A stretch of DNA of 63,730 bases, filler included, from Octopus bimaculoides (Eukaryota): assembly GCF_001194135.2 (NCBI RefSeq). It is 5 parts of 5 records of this genome, joined end to end, with 100 filler letters (N's around TTAATTAATTAA, not from the genome) between each part and the next. Parts side by side here need not be neighbours in the genome. Positions count along the whole stretch, not along the records: positions 1 to 20,167 come from NC_068983.1; positions 20,268 to 33,057 come from NC_069008.1; 3 more parts are not named here. One strand, given 5' to 3'. Under the pieces are notes generated by a model. The model was given only the letters and a program-made list of their open reading frames with translations, was not told where the DNA came from and searched no databases. The position numbers were made by a program, and so were the translations under genes. Shown here in pieces: positions 12,985-27,082 of the stretch. How positions within the stretch are numbered: the first letter of the stretch is position 1; each line of letters begins with the position of its first letter.

Positions 12985-15556
12985 GCACCTATGTCTGAAA
13001 AAAAAATAGAATATCACGACTGTGGTACTTTTCATGATACGACGACGGTTCGATCAAGCCAAATCTTGCGCTAAACCAGAACAAATTTCAAATGCAAAGA
13101 GAGGGCCGTTTAGTTCTGAGAATTCAGTATAGATTTTTTCATCTGGAGTGGGGGCGCTTATAGTTGTTGTTGAAATCCTAGTCAGTCCTCAACATGCTGG
13201 CCTATGATCAGGTGTATTTCAACTATGGCCATCCCGTATTTTTTTACAATAGGAATTTCAATATCCAATGTATCCTTCATTTAAGAAACAAGGGTGAATA
13301 TCTGAAAGAAAATTGGCTGCTCTTTCTAGCAAATTGAGTGACTGCGCTTCGGTGCCTTCTTTGATGCATATGAGCATATGAAGCTGTTTCTAAATTTTAT
13401 AATAATTGGTATTTATAAGAACAAAGAAACTTTTCTGGGAAGTAATATGAGGGGCTGTAACATTTCATGTTTTTCACACACTAATTAATGATGGAAAACT
13501 TGTAATGTGTGTGTGTGTAAAGCAGACGAGGTGTTAATTATGAAGAAACAGTGATCTACATAGATAATTAGGGAGACAGATAATATCAAAATACAAAGAA
13601 AGTAAAAACAAAAGAAAGAATGAAACCACTTAAAAAAAGTGATAAAGAATTCAAATATCAATAAGACTGAGGGACGAATAAAGGTTGAATAAAGTTCGAA
13701 ATTTAAGAAAGAATAAAGAAGGAAGTCAGAGTTGGTAAATAAGAGAGAAATGAAGATAAAAACTGAGAAGGACTGAAAGATTAACAAAGAGAAGTTAATT
13801 GGATAGCTGTGGCTAGGTGAGGGGGGATTAACAAGAATTTCAGTGTGAGAAAGATTAAGGTAGAAAGTGAGAGGGAAAAGGATGAAGAATGAAAAAAGAT
13901 ATTATGAAATAAATAGAGACAAAATAAAACGAGGCTTGAGTGGATTTTGAAAATGAACCAAAACCTCTCGACCTCTTAAAATATTCGTAACTCAGAGAAC
14001 GCAGTGACCAGCTATAAATTAATCTTCCTACCCTCCTACCTTATGTAGATGCTGTCGACTTTATGGACATAAAATATTCAAGTTAAATTATATAACTAGT
14101 TGAATATTACAGTATTTTCCCCGTCGTCTTACTTGGCTTCTGGTATTGTTTAATTTAATCTTAATTTTATTCTACTGTTTCCAAATAAGCATTTAATGTA
14201 TTCCTATTGAAACAATAAATAACCACCCAGAACAAACACAATAGCAGCTACGAAAGTTATTTGTGAATATAGTACTGTTAATTATCGTCTTGTGTATAAA
14301 AAGATACTTCAAATATATCTGTGTTCTTCATTTACATATATGTATTTAAAGTAATAAGACATAGTGTTATTTGATTGACAGATAGAAAATAGTTGGTAAG
14401 AGGAGAAAACGAAGTGCTTGTTATGCTTAATTTTCGCATAAAATATTAAAAACACTAAGGTCGAAAGAATCGATTACCACCCCAAGTTACCCGCTATCCA
14501 AATACGTGGAGCTGACCATTTGTTATAAATCAATTTTATACGAGCCAACAAGGGGTCATTTATATGTGCAGTAGTTCTCAGAGAAATAGCTACTTAATCT
14601 TCAGATTACACTCAATTATTTTAAAGAAGAACGGACAAACTGGATAATTTAGCTCGTAAAGACTCTAGGCATGTTTACGTCTCTGTCAGCCGTTCATGAT
14701 AAGAACCGTGTTGATCATAGGTCAACTTGATCAGGATTAACGTGGGTCTAAAGAACTACGATAATGACAACAAATTTAATTTTGCATCATGCAAAAAAAA
14801 AAAAAAAAAAATCCTTTGCTGGAATAAGAAGAAAGAAATTTTGGTGGGTGAAGTGTCAACCATTTTAAGATGAGAGCAAGCAAAACTTTAATATTCTGAT
14901 AAGTTTCTTTTGTTCATATATTATTTATCCCGACAAAGTAGGACAATACCCACAAACTATTTTTCCCCATCAGGTCGAATGAAATGGGCCAAAGAAGATG
15001 GCAGAGTTAAAAGTCTATTATTCGTTGCCAGTAGAGCATTTCATCTTTCATTGCGAGGAAAACTTTAAATGGTCCGCTAGAGCAAGTAACAAGTATCGTA
15101 GCGTTATTATGGAACAAATAACGTGTTTCGTGAGTTTGCAATTCTCAATTTAATTCCTTCTGAAATAGAATATAAAACATTGCAAGAAGCTAAAAGTTTT
15201 ATCTCGTCTCTAGTTCTAAATTTTATCAGAATGACGCTATACCATCTCACATAGTCTTCTACCATCAGTCTTCGTCTGTTTTCCCTAATATGTTTTTTTC
15301 TCCTCATCCTCGAATGTGAGTCCACAAATATAGTATCAGTCGTGTATTGGGGTTGATTCTTCTCATTCTCCTATTCATTCACTTTGTCTGAATTATCTCC
15401 CTCTTCTGGAAGAAATTGCCTGTGGTGAGATTAGGAGAGGGATGAGATCCAGTAGATGAAAAAATCCCCGATACACACCGTATGTTACGACAATGCTCCT
15501 ACGGCTTCACCGAAAAGTTGAGGGGCCGGCCCAACGCAAGACATATATATATATAT

Positions 15557-15777
15557 ACTCTTTATTCTCTTTTATTCTTTTACCTGTTTCAGTCATTTGA
15601 TTGTGGCCATGCTGGAGCACCGCCTTTAGTCGAGCAAATCGACCCCAGGACTTATTCTTTGAAAGCCTCTTTTACCGAACCGCTAAATTACGCGGACGTA
15701 AACACACCAGCATCGGTTGTCAAGCGATATTGGGGGGTGGGGGACAAACAGACACACAAACATATACACACACATAC
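15557..15777 (-). mobile_element. SINE family A, 3' half, running into a gap at its internal microsatellite
   Basis: TTTCAGTCATTTGA…GCCATGCTGGAGCACCGCCTTTAGTCGAGCAAATCGACCCCAGG…. Confidence 0.85.
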
Positions 15778-16679
15778 ANNNNNNNNNNNNNNNNNNNNNN
15801 NNNNNNNNNNNNNNNNNNNNNNNNNNNNNNNNNNNNNNNNNNNNNNNNNNNNNNNNNNNNNNNNNNNNNNNNNNNNNNNNNNNNNNNNNNNNNNNNNNNN
15901 NNNNNNNNNNNNNNNNNNNNNNNNNNNNNNNNNNNNNNNNNNNNNNNNNNNNNNNNNNNNNNNNNNNNNNNNNNNNNNNNNNNNNNNNNNNNNNNNNNNN
16001 NNNNNNNNNNNNNNNNNNNNNNNNNNNNNNNNNNNNNNNNNNNNNNNNNNNNNNNNNNNNNNNNNNNNNNNNNNNNNNNNNNNNNNNNNNNNNNNNNNNN
16101 NNNNNNNNNNNNNCTATAGCATCCCCTCGACCCATGCCTTGTGTGTAAAACTGGGTAGTTCAAAAGATCTTCTAGATACACTGTGTCAGGATGACTCAGC
16201 TATTGAATTACATTAAAGAGTAACGTGTCTGTGGAATACTTACCACTTCAGGAGCAGATTGTTCAGTTGATCGAACAACTCAATCGTCAGCATCGAACGA
16301 TAAACGCCCACCCTCCCACATTCGTATACATACACACGCATGTGTATGTGTAGTAGTAGTAGTAGTAGTACCATTGAATTTAACGCCATGATTTGATGTC
16401 TTGTGCCTTATATGAAATTCAATCAATCGCAATCGTTCGACTCTAACTAGCCCTCGTTTTTTCCCCCGCTGACATTGGTCTGTAGATGTTCAGGTTGGAC
16501 ATTTGTTGCAAAAGCTCGTTATTGTGGGAGATATGTTGGAATGCCAAGTAGAGATGAGATGAACCAAGCCAGCTCTGAGGCGTAGAGGTCATTTTAAGAT
16601 TTAATTTTTTTCTTTGCCTTCAGCCAGTAATCGTTACCGCTTAGCTTCTATTTAGAAATCGAAGGAAATGATTGCTATT

Positions 16680-16970
16680 CCCTTCAAACTTTGCTTTTGT
16701 GACCTGGGCATCAATGTTTCTAAAATTGACCTATATTCCATTACATGTCGGACAGATTCAGCGCCGAGTTGAAATATTGCTATAGCAAAATATTCTGTTT
16801 AATATTTGTTTGTCAGTTGCTTGACCTTAACCACTTGAGCATATTCTTAGTGGCTGACAATTTGAGCATCTCTGATCATGAGCAGGAGTATTGGGAGAAT
16901 ATTGTAGCCATGTGTTAAGAGGAATTCTTTGGGGTTTGAACAAATGTAACAAAAGCAAAGTTTGAAGGAA
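16680..16970 (+). mobile_element. Fragment related to the 1191-2098 repeat, bracketed by a 20-bp inverted repeat
   Basis: CCTTCAAACTTTGCTTTTGT (from about 16681) and ACAAAAGCAAAGTTTGAAGG (to about 16968); 16790-16950 matches the reverse complement of the 1191-2098 units. Confidence 0.55.
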
Positions 16971-18046
16971 ATATTGGCCGTTCTTTTTATACTTTCTAGG
17001 GATAAGCAAATAAGAAATAACAGTTGCTACCCGAGGACAAATATCGTGTTACACAGTATTATAGTAGTGGCAGAAAAGGCAAAGAGAAGATATACGAGAC
17101 TAGATCGTGTTTGTGACTGACTTTATACCAATCAGATGATATTACACCTCTTTCCTAATTCATTAAAAAAACTTAATTAGAAGATTAATAACTATTTTAT
17201 GGAATTTATTTACGACACCTTTATCAGGCTTCTATGTAAATTTCCTTCGCGCTGTTAATATTTACAGCGCAAATATTAACTGTTAACATATATAAATGAA
17301 ATACGTCGTAACGACAAGATGCCGCCTCTGATTTTAGATATAACACACATTGTGGGAACATCTGGTGGTGATAATTGCACAATCAAATATTCATGAAGTA
17401 AGTCTTTGTATTCAGGCTGGCAGTAAAGAAACAAACTCCAATTATCTAATCATATCTCAACAATAAATATAACCTGAACGAACAAGCAAATCAGAAGAAA
17501 ATTAAAAGAAAGAAAACTGTAAAAGGCGGAAGACTATACGTACTGTCTGGAATCCGATCGTAGTTGACCATAAAGCACAGCAGTCAATTTAAAAGCTTGT
17601 AGATGGTCACTCGGTATACGAGAAATTATATCCAAATTCTCCACACACAGCTGACACATACGCCTACATATTCACGCACACGTGGACTCACACATGGCTG
17701 ATACGCACCCGCAGTCGTACTTACGCACACCCTAGTAAATATGCACATATGCATCAACGAGCTGATCACATTAGCGCCCCCACCCATACGCCAGTTTACA
17801 CACGTGCTCACACACAAGTATAGCTGATACATACGCATAGACATCACACACCCACATTCGTCTACTCCTACATCGAGTATACAGACATGTTCCTGCTAGC
17901 CTGTTAATCCCTTCAAAGTCCCTCCAAAGACTCGTCAGAGACCAGGCAGGGCGCCACCAGTTTCTTGCTCAGCCATGCGATCCAAGAAATTCTCCTTTCT
18001 AATGCTTCTGGTGTTGCTGAAATGTCGATCTACCTTCTAACAACAC

Positions 18047-18096
18047 CACGTGAGCCGCTTCAACCAATAGCAGCCCAGTCTGTGGCAGCCATTTTG
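18047..18096. promoter_or_regulatory. Candidate promoter-like motif cluster (E-box, CCAAT box, YY1-like site)
   Basis: CACGTG 18047-52, CCAAT 18064-68 and GCCATTTT 18088-95 in a relatively GC-rich unique stretch; motif match only. Confidence 0.25.
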
Positions 18097-18246
18097 ATTT
18101 TCTGTATCTCCGCATTCGGTTATCTGCGCCTGAATAAGCTAGGTTTCTGTAAGAAGCCGACAAAACTTTAAGTTAGATGGAGCCGAATCAAGCTGTTTTA
18201 AATAACAACAATAATAATGATAATGATAATAATAATGCCCAGTAAA

Positions 18247-18412
18247 GGAGCAGGAGTGGCTGTGTGGTAAGCAGCTTGCTTACCAACCACATGGTTCTAG
18301 GTTCAGTCCCACTGAGTGGCACCTTGGGCAGGTTTCTTCAACTATAGCCTCGGGCCGACCAAAGCCTTGTGAGTGGATTTGGTAGTCGGAAATTGAAAGA
18401 CATCCGTCGTAT
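18247..18412 (+). mobile_element. SINE family A, 5' half
   Basis: GGAGCAGGAGTGGCTGTGTGGTAAG…CCGTCGTAT followed by microsatellite and gap. Confidence 0.85.
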
Positions 18413-19343
18413 GTGTGTGTGTGTGTGTATATATATATATGTATACATATAAATATATGTATACATATATATATATATATGCATATATACATATTTGTAC
18501 AAAATGTGAACAGCANNNNNNNNNNNNNNNNNNNNNNNNNNNNNNNNNNNNNNNNNNNNNNNNNNNNNNNNNNNNNNNNNNNNNNNNNNNNNNNNNNNNN
18601 NNNNNNNNNNNNNNNNNNNNNNNNNNNNNNNNNNNNNNNNNNNNNNNNNNNNNNNNNNNNNNNNNNNNNNNNNNNNNNNNNNNNNNNNNNNNNNNNNNNN
18701 NNNNNNNNNNNNNNNNNNNNNNNNNNNNNNNNNNNNNNNNNNNNNNNNNNNNNNNNNNNNNNNNNNNNNNNNNNNNNNNNNNNNNNNNNNNNNNNNNNNN
18801 NNNNNNNNNNNNNNNNNNNNNNNNNNNNNNNNNNNNNNNNNNNNNNNNNNNNNNNNNNNNNNNNNNNNNNNNNNNNNNNNNNNNNNNNNNNNNNNNNNNN
18901 NNNNNNNNNNNNNNNNNNNNNNNNNNNNNNNNNNNNNNNNNNNNNNNNNNNNNNNNNNNNNNNNNNNNNNNNNNNNNNNNNNNNNNNNNNNNNNNNNNNN
19001 NNNNNNNNNNNNNNNNNNNNNNNNNNNNNNNNNNNNNNNNNNNNNNNNNNNNNNNNNNNNNNNNNNNNNNNNNNNNNNNNNNNNNNNNNNNNNNNNNNNN
19101 NNNNNNNNNNNNNNNNNNNNNNNNNNNNNNNNNNNNNNNNNNNNNNNNNNNNNNNNNNNNNNNNNNNNNNNNNNNNNNNNNNNNNNNNNNNNNNNNNNNN
19201 NNNNNNNNNNNNNNNNNNNNNNNNNNNNNNNNNNNNNNNNNNNNNNNNNNNNNNNNNNNNNNNNNNNNNNNNNNNNNNNNNNNNNNNNNNNNNNNNNNNN
19301 NNNNNNNNNNNNNNNNNNNNNNNNNNNNNNNNNNNNNNNNNNA

Positions 19344-19378
<35 letters not shown>

Positions 19379-20167
19379 GCATATATACATATTTGTACAA
19401 AATGTGAACAGCATGAAATACGAAAACAACATGAATTACGAAAACACCATGAAATACGAAGGCAAACTTGGGTATACAAACAAGTTGGGTATGAGAGACA
19501 AATGGAAAACAAGGCAAGTAACATAAAGAACAACCCTTCATCAGTTGTCGGTTGTTCATTTACTCTACATTTCGAGCAATTAACGACAATATGAAGCTTC
19601 GAAAAGCAGTTGCTCCCGCGAACCAAAATAAAATTTGGGATTTGCGGAGGGTTAAAGTTCGTAACAAGAGATAAACCAAAGGCAAACACACATGGAGGTC
19701 CGTTAGGCCAGTCGAAGTAAGGTAGCGAATGCTAGAGGAATATTCTTTGACAAGAGAAAAGATCGCAGAGGAGACAGATAAGAATGCGTCTGGTCTGTAT
19801 GACAGACTGAAGGAAAAGAAAGATGATCACGCGAGGAAAAGAAAGATGGACGATGGTCACGTGTGAGCAGCGAGAGAGAGTAATGGAGGAAGAGAGAGAG
19901 AGTGAGAGAAACAGATAGAAAACGGTGACGGGGAGGAAAAAGAATTAGAGAAAGGATGAGAGAGAAAAAACGAGAGAGGGAGAGGAGGAGAAAAAGAAGT
20001 AGAGAAAGGAAGAGAGAGAGAGAGAACAGTACAGGGTAGACTCGCATCAAAATTGTTAAATTAAACTTGCGTGGAAATGGATACGCACTGTTCAATCATA
20101 TAATAATATAGATAATATATATATGTGCATAAACATACATATATGTACATAATTACACCCCCCCCCC

Positions 20168-20267
20168 NNNNNNNNNNNNNNNNNNNNNNNNNNNNNNNNN
20201 NNNNNNNNNNNTTAATTAATTAANNNNNNNNNNNNNNNNNNNNNNNNNNNNNNNNNNNNNNNNNNNN
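20168..20267. other. Assembly linker N44-TTAATTAATTAA-N44 (also 33058-33157, 46491-46590, 61641-61740)
   Basis: Identical 100-bp construct four times; the 12-mer has stops in all six frames. Confidence 0.95.
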
Positions 20268-20305
<38 letters not shown>

Positions 20306-20722
20306 GTATGTATGTATATATATATATATAAAAATAAGTATGTATGTATATATATATATATATAAATAAGTATGTAAGTATATATATATATATATACACA
20401 TGATTATGTGTGTGTGTGTGGGTGGGTGTAGGTGGTGAGAGTGCATGTGAATGAATATGTAGAAATGCTTGTTCATCCCCCTCCCCCCACTCCCACGCAA
20501 ATCATACACAGGTATACCCGAGTGTATGATTTGTGTATTTATATTCCCATACGTTTTTTTTGTGCATCTATTTATATAAGCATATAATGACACCCCCCTC
20601 ACACACACAATATATATATATATACACACACACATATATATGTATATATATATAAACAAGTGTGTATATGTACATAAACACACACGCACACACACACATA
20701 TATATAGGTATGTATATGTATA

Positions 20723-20787
<65 letters not shown>

Positions 20788-21719
20788 GTGTGTCTATATA
20801 NNNNNNNNNNNNNNNNNNNNNNNNNNNNNNNNNNNNNNNNNNNNNNNNNNNNNNNNNNNNNNNNNNNNNNNNNNNNNNNNNNNNNNNNNNNNNNNNNNNN
20901 NNNNNNNNNNNNNNNNNNNNNNNNNNNNNNNNNNNNNNNNNNNNNNNNNNNNNNNNNNNNNNNNNNNNNNNNNNNNNNNNNNNNNNNNNNNNNNNNNNNN
21001 NNNNNNNNNNNNNNNNNNNNNNNNNNNNNNNNNNNNNNNNNNNNNNNNNNNNNNNNNNNNNNNNNNNNNNNNNNNNNNNNNNNNNNNNNNNNNNNNNNNN
21101 NNNNNNNNNNNNNNNNNNNNNNNNNNNNNNNNNNNNNNNNNNNNNNNNNNNNNNNNNNNNNNNNNNNNNNNNNNNNNNNNNNNNNNNNNNNNNNNNNNNN
21201 NNNNNNNNNNNNNNNNNNNNNNNNNNNNNNNNNNNNNNNNNNNNNNNNNNNNNNNNNNNNNNNNNNNNNNNNNNNNNNNNNNNNNNNNNNNNNNNNNNNN
21301 NNNNNNNNNNNNNNNNNNNNNNNNNNNNNNNNNNNNNNNNNNNNNNNNNNNNNNNNNNNNNNNNNNNNNNNNNNNNNNNNNNNNNNNNNNNNNNNNNNNN
21401 NNNNNNNNNNNNNNNNNNNNNNNNNNNNNNNNNNNNNNNNNNNNNNNNNNNNNNNNNNNNNNNNNNNNNNNNNNNNNNNNNCATATACGTAGATAGATAT
21501 GTATATATATGTATGTGTGTATGTACATATACCTATATACATGTATATATACATAAACATACACACTCACTCACACACATATATATGTATGTATGTATGT
21601 ATGTACGTGTGTATATATGTGTAGACTTGAGTGTGGGTATAATAACCCCCAAGCTGAAGCTGTAACAAATGGTTGGTAGACATAAAACTAACGGCCAGCT
21701 GTGACAGTTGAACATTAAC

Positions 21720-21845
21720 AGAGGTAGTGGTGGTGGTGGTGGTGGTGGTGGTCATTGTGGTGGTAGTAGTAGTAGTAGTAGTAGCAGTAGTAGTAGCAGC
21801 AGCAGCAGCTGTAGTAGTAATTTTATGAGTAGTAGAAGTCGTAGC

Positions 21846-21880
<35 letters not shown>

Positions 21881-22060
21881 CAGTAGTGGTGGTGGTGGTG
21901 GTGGTAAGAGTGGTAGTCGCAGCAGGAGTAGCAGTTGTAGTAGTGGTATTTATAACAGTAGTAGAAGTAGCAGTAGTTGTAATAGTTGTAGTAGTAGTAA
22001 TGACAGTGTAGTAACAGCAGTGGTGGTGGTGGTGGTGGTGGTTGGGATGGTATACATACC
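21720..22060. repeat. Mosaic trinucleotide tract (GGT/AGT/AGC)n
   Basis: Direct reading; similar tracts at 24820-25345 and 27320-28036. Confidence 0.95.
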
Positions 22061-22079
22061 AATGTTTGTTGTTGTTGCT

Positions 22080-22441
22080 GTGCTTGTGAAGATCTGTTAA
22101 GCCAAGTGAAATTGTAGCCATGGCCGATGCTGGTGTCATGTAACTGGTATCCAAGGCAGTGACGAATGTCTGAGACCTTTGGCATTATGCCATGCTTTAG
22201 ATAAAGACCCATGAAGCCAAGTAAAACCGCAGTTGTGGCAGATACTGGTGTCACCCAAGTGTCACCCATGCTAGTGGCTCATAAAAGCACCCAATACACT
22301 TTCAGAGTGGTTGGCCTTAGGAAAGGCATCCAGCCATAGAAACCAGACTGGAGTCTGGTGCAGCCCTCCAGCTTATCAGCCCTGGTCAAACTGTCCAACC
22401 CATGCCAGCATGGACAATGGATGCTAAATGATGATGATGAT
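22080..22441 (+). mobile_element. Short retroposon with RTE-like 3' end and (GAT)n tail (family B)
   Basis: …TGGTTGGCCTTAGGAAAGGCATCCAGCC…CCATGCCAGCATGGACAATGGATGCTAAATGATGATGATGA; further copies at 25638-25806 (-) and 30577-30874 (+). RTE assignment is from recalled tail similarity. Confidence 0.65.
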
Positions 22442-22463
22442 GAGATACATATATATATACACA

Positions 22464-22626
22464 GGCGCAGGAGTGGCTGTGTGGTAAGTAGCTTGCTTAC
22501 CAACCACATGGTTCTGGGTTCAGTCCCACTGTGTGGCACCTTGGCCAAGTGTCTTCTACTATAGCCTCGGGTCGACCAAAGCCTTGTGAGTAGATTTGGT
22601 AGACAGAAACTGAAAGAAGACCTGTG
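22464..22626 (+). mobile_element. SINE family A, 5' half
   Basis: GGCGCAGGAGTGGCTGTGTGGTAAGTAGCTTGCTTACC…; other 5' halves at 23477-23629 (+), 24334-24489 (-), 27118-27270 (-) and 30875-31020 (-). Confidence 0.85.
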
Positions 22627-23625
22627 TATATATATATACATACATACATACACACACATATACATACATACATATANNNNNNNNNNNNNNNNNNNNNNNN
22701 NNNNNNNNNNNNNNNNNNNNNNNNNNNNNNNNNNNNNNNNNNNNNNNNNNNNNNNNNNNNNNNNNNNNNNNNNNNNNNNNNNNNNNNNNNNNNNNNNNNN
22801 NNNNNNNNNNNNNNNNNNNNNNNNNNNNNNNNNNNNNNNNNNNNNNNNNNNNNNNNNNNNNNNNNNNNNNNNNNNNNNNNNNNNNNNNNNNNNNNNNNNN
22901 NNNNNNNNNNNNNNNNNNNNNNNNNNNNNNNNNNNNNNNNNNNNNNNNNNNNNNNNNNNNNNNNNNNNNNNNNNNNNNNNNNNNNNNNNNNNNNNNNNNN
23001 NNNNNNNNNNNNNNNNNNNNNNNNNNNNNNNNNNNNNNNNNNNNNNNNNNNNNNNNNNNNNNNNNNNNNNNNNNNNNNNNNNNNNNNNNNNNNNNNNNNN
23101 NNNNNNCGCCCTCTTATCTCTCTCATTGGCAATTGTATCCAGTATTCTATACAGAACCCATTTGGACAATAGACAGACAGATTAATACCCAAACCAATTT
23201 AAACTCCTAAACCCTCCGATAGGATTAGCCGACCATAATGGCCAATAGAGAAGCATTATTACAGAATCTTTTGTGTTTGGTTTCAACGGAAAGAACAAGT
23301 AAAATAACATACAGCAATGTTGGAGTTATTTGTTACTTTAGATCTTTAGCGTTTAAACCAAACACATCTAACCCAAATATTCTGTTTTATGATCAAATTG
23401 CCCATGTTTAGTTCAAATATTCTCCCTGTTTCATGTTCAGTTTTGCCTTTTCCAGCCTAAATATTCTCCCTGCTTTGGCTGTGTGGTAAGTAGTTTGCTT
23501 ACCAACCACATGGTTTCGAGTTCATTCCCACTGCGTGGCACCTTGAGAAAGTGTCTTCTACTATAGCTTTGGGCCGACCAAAGCCTTGTGAGTGGATTTG
23601 GTAGACGGAAACAGAAAGAAGCCCG

Positions 23626-23664
<39 letters not shown>

Positions 23665-24231
23665 CACATATATACACACAANNNNNNNNNNNNNNNNNNN
23701 NNNNNNNNNNNNNNNNNNNNNNNNNNNNNNNNNNNNNNNNNNNNNNNNNNNNNNNNNNNNNNNNNNNNNNNNNNNNNNNNNNNNNNNNNNNNNNNNNNNN
23801 NNNNNNNNNNNNNNNNNNNNNNNNNNNNNNNNNNNNNNNNNNNNNNNNNNNNNNNNNNNNNNNNNNNNNNNNNNNNNNNNNNNNNNNNNNNNNNNNNNNN
23901 NNNNNNNNNNNNNNNNNNNNNNNNNNNNNNNNNNNNNNNNNNNNNNNNNNNNNNNNNNNNNNNNNNNNNNNNNNNNNNNNNNNNNNNNNNNNNNNNNNNN
24001 NNNNNNNNNNNNNNNNNNNNNNNNNNNNNNNNNNNNNNNNNNNNNNNNNNNNNNNNNNNNNNNNNNNNNNNNNNNNNNNNNNNNNNNNNNNNNNNNNNNN
24101 NNNNNNNNNNNNNNNNNNNNNNNNNNNNNNNNNNNNNNNNNNNNNNNNNNNNNNNNNNNNNNNNNNNNNNNNNNNNNNNNNNNNNNNNNNNNNNNNNNNN
24201 NNNNNNNNNNNNNNNNNNNNNNNNNNNNNNN

Positions 24232-24274
<43 letters not shown>

Positions 24275-24940
24275 CACATATATACACACAAACATATACA
24301 TGTGTATGTGTACACACACACATGCATACTCATATAGAAGAGCTTCTTTCAGTTTCCATCAGACAAATCCACTCACAAAGTCTGGACCAGACCAGAGCAG
24401 TGTTCAGAAGATGCATTGCCAAGGTGCCTTGCCATGGGACTGAACCTTAAACCTCACGGTTACAGAGCAAACCTCTTAACCACACAGCCATGCTTGCACC
24501 ATTTTATGTGTGTGTGTGTGTGCATGTATGTGTGAGGGTGTGTGCATGTTTGCTTGTTAGTCAGTGTGACCATTTGTATGTGTGTGTCAATCATGTTAGG
24601 CCCCCCCCCAACACCACCACCACCACCAAAATCGAATACAAAATGGAATGCATTTCCTCCCAAGCCCTCTTCCCTCCCTCCCTACTTCTCCCCTCCCCTC
24701 GAAACAATCAATGTGAAAAGATTCGCTCACACACACACACACACACACACACACCTCCATGTCATAAACCCCACAAAGCTGTCCTCATTTACTAATTAGC
24801 AAGTAGCTAACGCAACAACAAATAATAATGATAATAATTATAACGATAATAAAATTTTTGGCACAATGATAATGAAGATGATAATGAAGATGATGATGAT
24901 GGTGATGATGATGGTGATGGTGATGGTGATGATAACACTG

Positions 24941-24991
<51 letters not shown>

Positions 24992-25304
24992 TAGTGGTGG
25001 TGGTGGTGGTAGTGGTAGTGGTGGTGGGAGTGGTGGTGGTGGTGGTGGTGGCGGTGGTAGTGATGGTGGTGGTGGTGGTCGTCGTCGTAGTGGTGGCAGT
25101 TGTAGTAGTGGTGGTGATGGTGGTGGTGGTGGCGGCAGCAGCGGTGGTGGTGGTTGTAGTAGTAGTAGTAGTAGGAGGAGGAGGAGGAGTAACACTAATG
25201 GTTCCTTCATTTAATAATAATAATAACAATAATAATAAGAAGTAGAAGAAGAGGAAGAGGAAGAGGAAGAAGAAGAAGAGGAAGAAGACCAAAAAACAAT
25301 GACA

Positions 25305-25337
<33 letters not shown>

Positions 25338-25809
25338 CTGATGATAACAAAAACGACTTCCCACTGTTATTTTCAGCAGTTATTTTTAAGTGATCGCAAT
25401 TAACCTTAATTATCTATTTTCACCTCTGTTCCTCCATTTGTTTGTACCCAAACGCTTGACCCTGTTATTACGTACTGCACAATATCGTCCACCTTTTCCA
25501 TGCTTACATGGATCCAGTGGAGTCTTTTCTGGGTTTTTGTTTTCTTTTTTGTAGCAGATTTTTCAATTGTCGGACGTCACCTTTCCTGTCTTCAACGCTC
25601 AACTTTTTCCAAAACAAGGTGATATTTTCACCTGACCAATCATCATCATCGTCATCAGTTAATGTCCGTTTTCCTATGCTGGCATGGGTTGGACTGTTTG
25701 GCCAGAGCTGTTGAGGCCAGGGACGACATCAGGCCCCACTGTCTGTTCTGGTATGGTTTCTACAGTTGGACGCCCTTCCTAATGTCAACCACTCTACAGA
25801 GTATAAAGG

Positions 25810-26400
25810 GTAAAGAGACCCCCTCCCCCGGTCATGAATGACCATGGGATTGCACCTAGAAAGTGACCCTCCAAGGCACCAATTTGGGCATGGTTGTTTT
25901 TATGGAAGACCAGCAGTTGCCCATGCATACCAGCCTCCCCTCTGCATACCACTCATGTTATCCAAGGGAAAGGCAAAGGGGCCGATACAGCTTGGCACCA
26001 GTGACGTCGCAACTCATTTCTACAATTGAGAGAATTGGAACAATGTGAAATAAAGTGTCTTGCTCAAGAACACAGCACACAGTCTGGTCCAGGAATCGAA
26101 CTCGCTATCTCATGATTGTGATCCCGGCGCTCTAACCACTGAGCCATGTGCATTATACATATGATAAAGACCCTCTTTGATCATGTTCGACCATGGGATT
26201 GCACCTAAAAAGTGACCCTCAGAGGCACAAGTCTGGCCATGGTTGATTATGAAAGTCTAGCAGTCGCCCATGCATACCGGCCTCCTCATTTCTACAGCTG
26301 AGTGAACTGGAACAACGTGAAATAAAGTGTCTTGCTCAAGAACACAACACACAACCTACTCCAGGAATTGAACTCACTATCTCATGATTGCGAACTTGAT
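25810..26400 (-). mobile_element. Two tandem copies of a second tRNA-derived SINE (family C); the second is internally deleted
   Basis: Minus-strand head …CATGGCTCAGTGGTTAGAGCGCCGGG…GAGTTCGATTCC (A/B boxes) followed by GTGTTCTTGAGCAAGACACTTTATTTCAC; a related element with a different tail lies at 36148-36380. Confidence 0.75.
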
Positions 26401-26749
26401 GCTGGGGTATAACTTGCAGTGAATTTTAGTCAATCATAGCAACCACCATTATTTCATTTAGTTTGACAAAGTTATTAATTTGACACAACATAGGGTTTTC
26501 TTAAGCAACCAGTAAAAAAGTATAAAGACTGCCTTTGGTCACAAATGACCATGGGACTGCACCTAGAAAGTTCCACTCCTTAGTAACTCACCATGACATT
26601 CTTTTTTTTCTACCAAGATCCGTCGCCCAGACACCACTTCGTATTCACTTCTTCCTCTTTTTTATATCTTCGTTTCTCTCTTCGTGTTGTTCTCTGACCC
26701 GGTGAAACTGGGCTTAGCTGCTAGTATATATATATATATATATATATAG

Positions 26750-27082
26750 GTATGAGGGCTCTGAAAGGGGTCTCAGGGAATAGTGTCCCTGCCTTCCTGA
26801 GCTAGTTTTCCACCACATTTCTTAAAAATCGTGTTAGAGGCCTTGGTCTCGGGACCATGCATGTCTAGAAATTAAGGTTGGGGGTAAGCAAGGGTATGCT
26901 CCCTGTAGAAAATTCATCCCCAAAAAAGCCTCATGATAGCAAAGCAGAATGGGCAACAACCAGCCCAAAGGCTGGGGTGGGCTGCACCTTCCTACCTCAG
27001 TTTCTATGGCATTGAGGTAGATCCAGCCACTCCCGTTAACGGGGACAAAGCCTGGATTTAAAACACTGGATGATGATGATGA
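26750..27082 (+). mobile_element. Probable non-autonomous retroposon ending in (GAT)n
   Basis: Ends …GGGGACAAAGCCTGGATTTAAAACACTGGATGATGATGATGAT, resembling RTE-type tails; single copy in the window. Confidence 0.35.

Noticed and set aside
17905-17945. Minus-strand CUGACGA followed by a hairpin (similar case at 37940-37980)
   Set aside because: No GAAA after the stem, so not a hammerhead.
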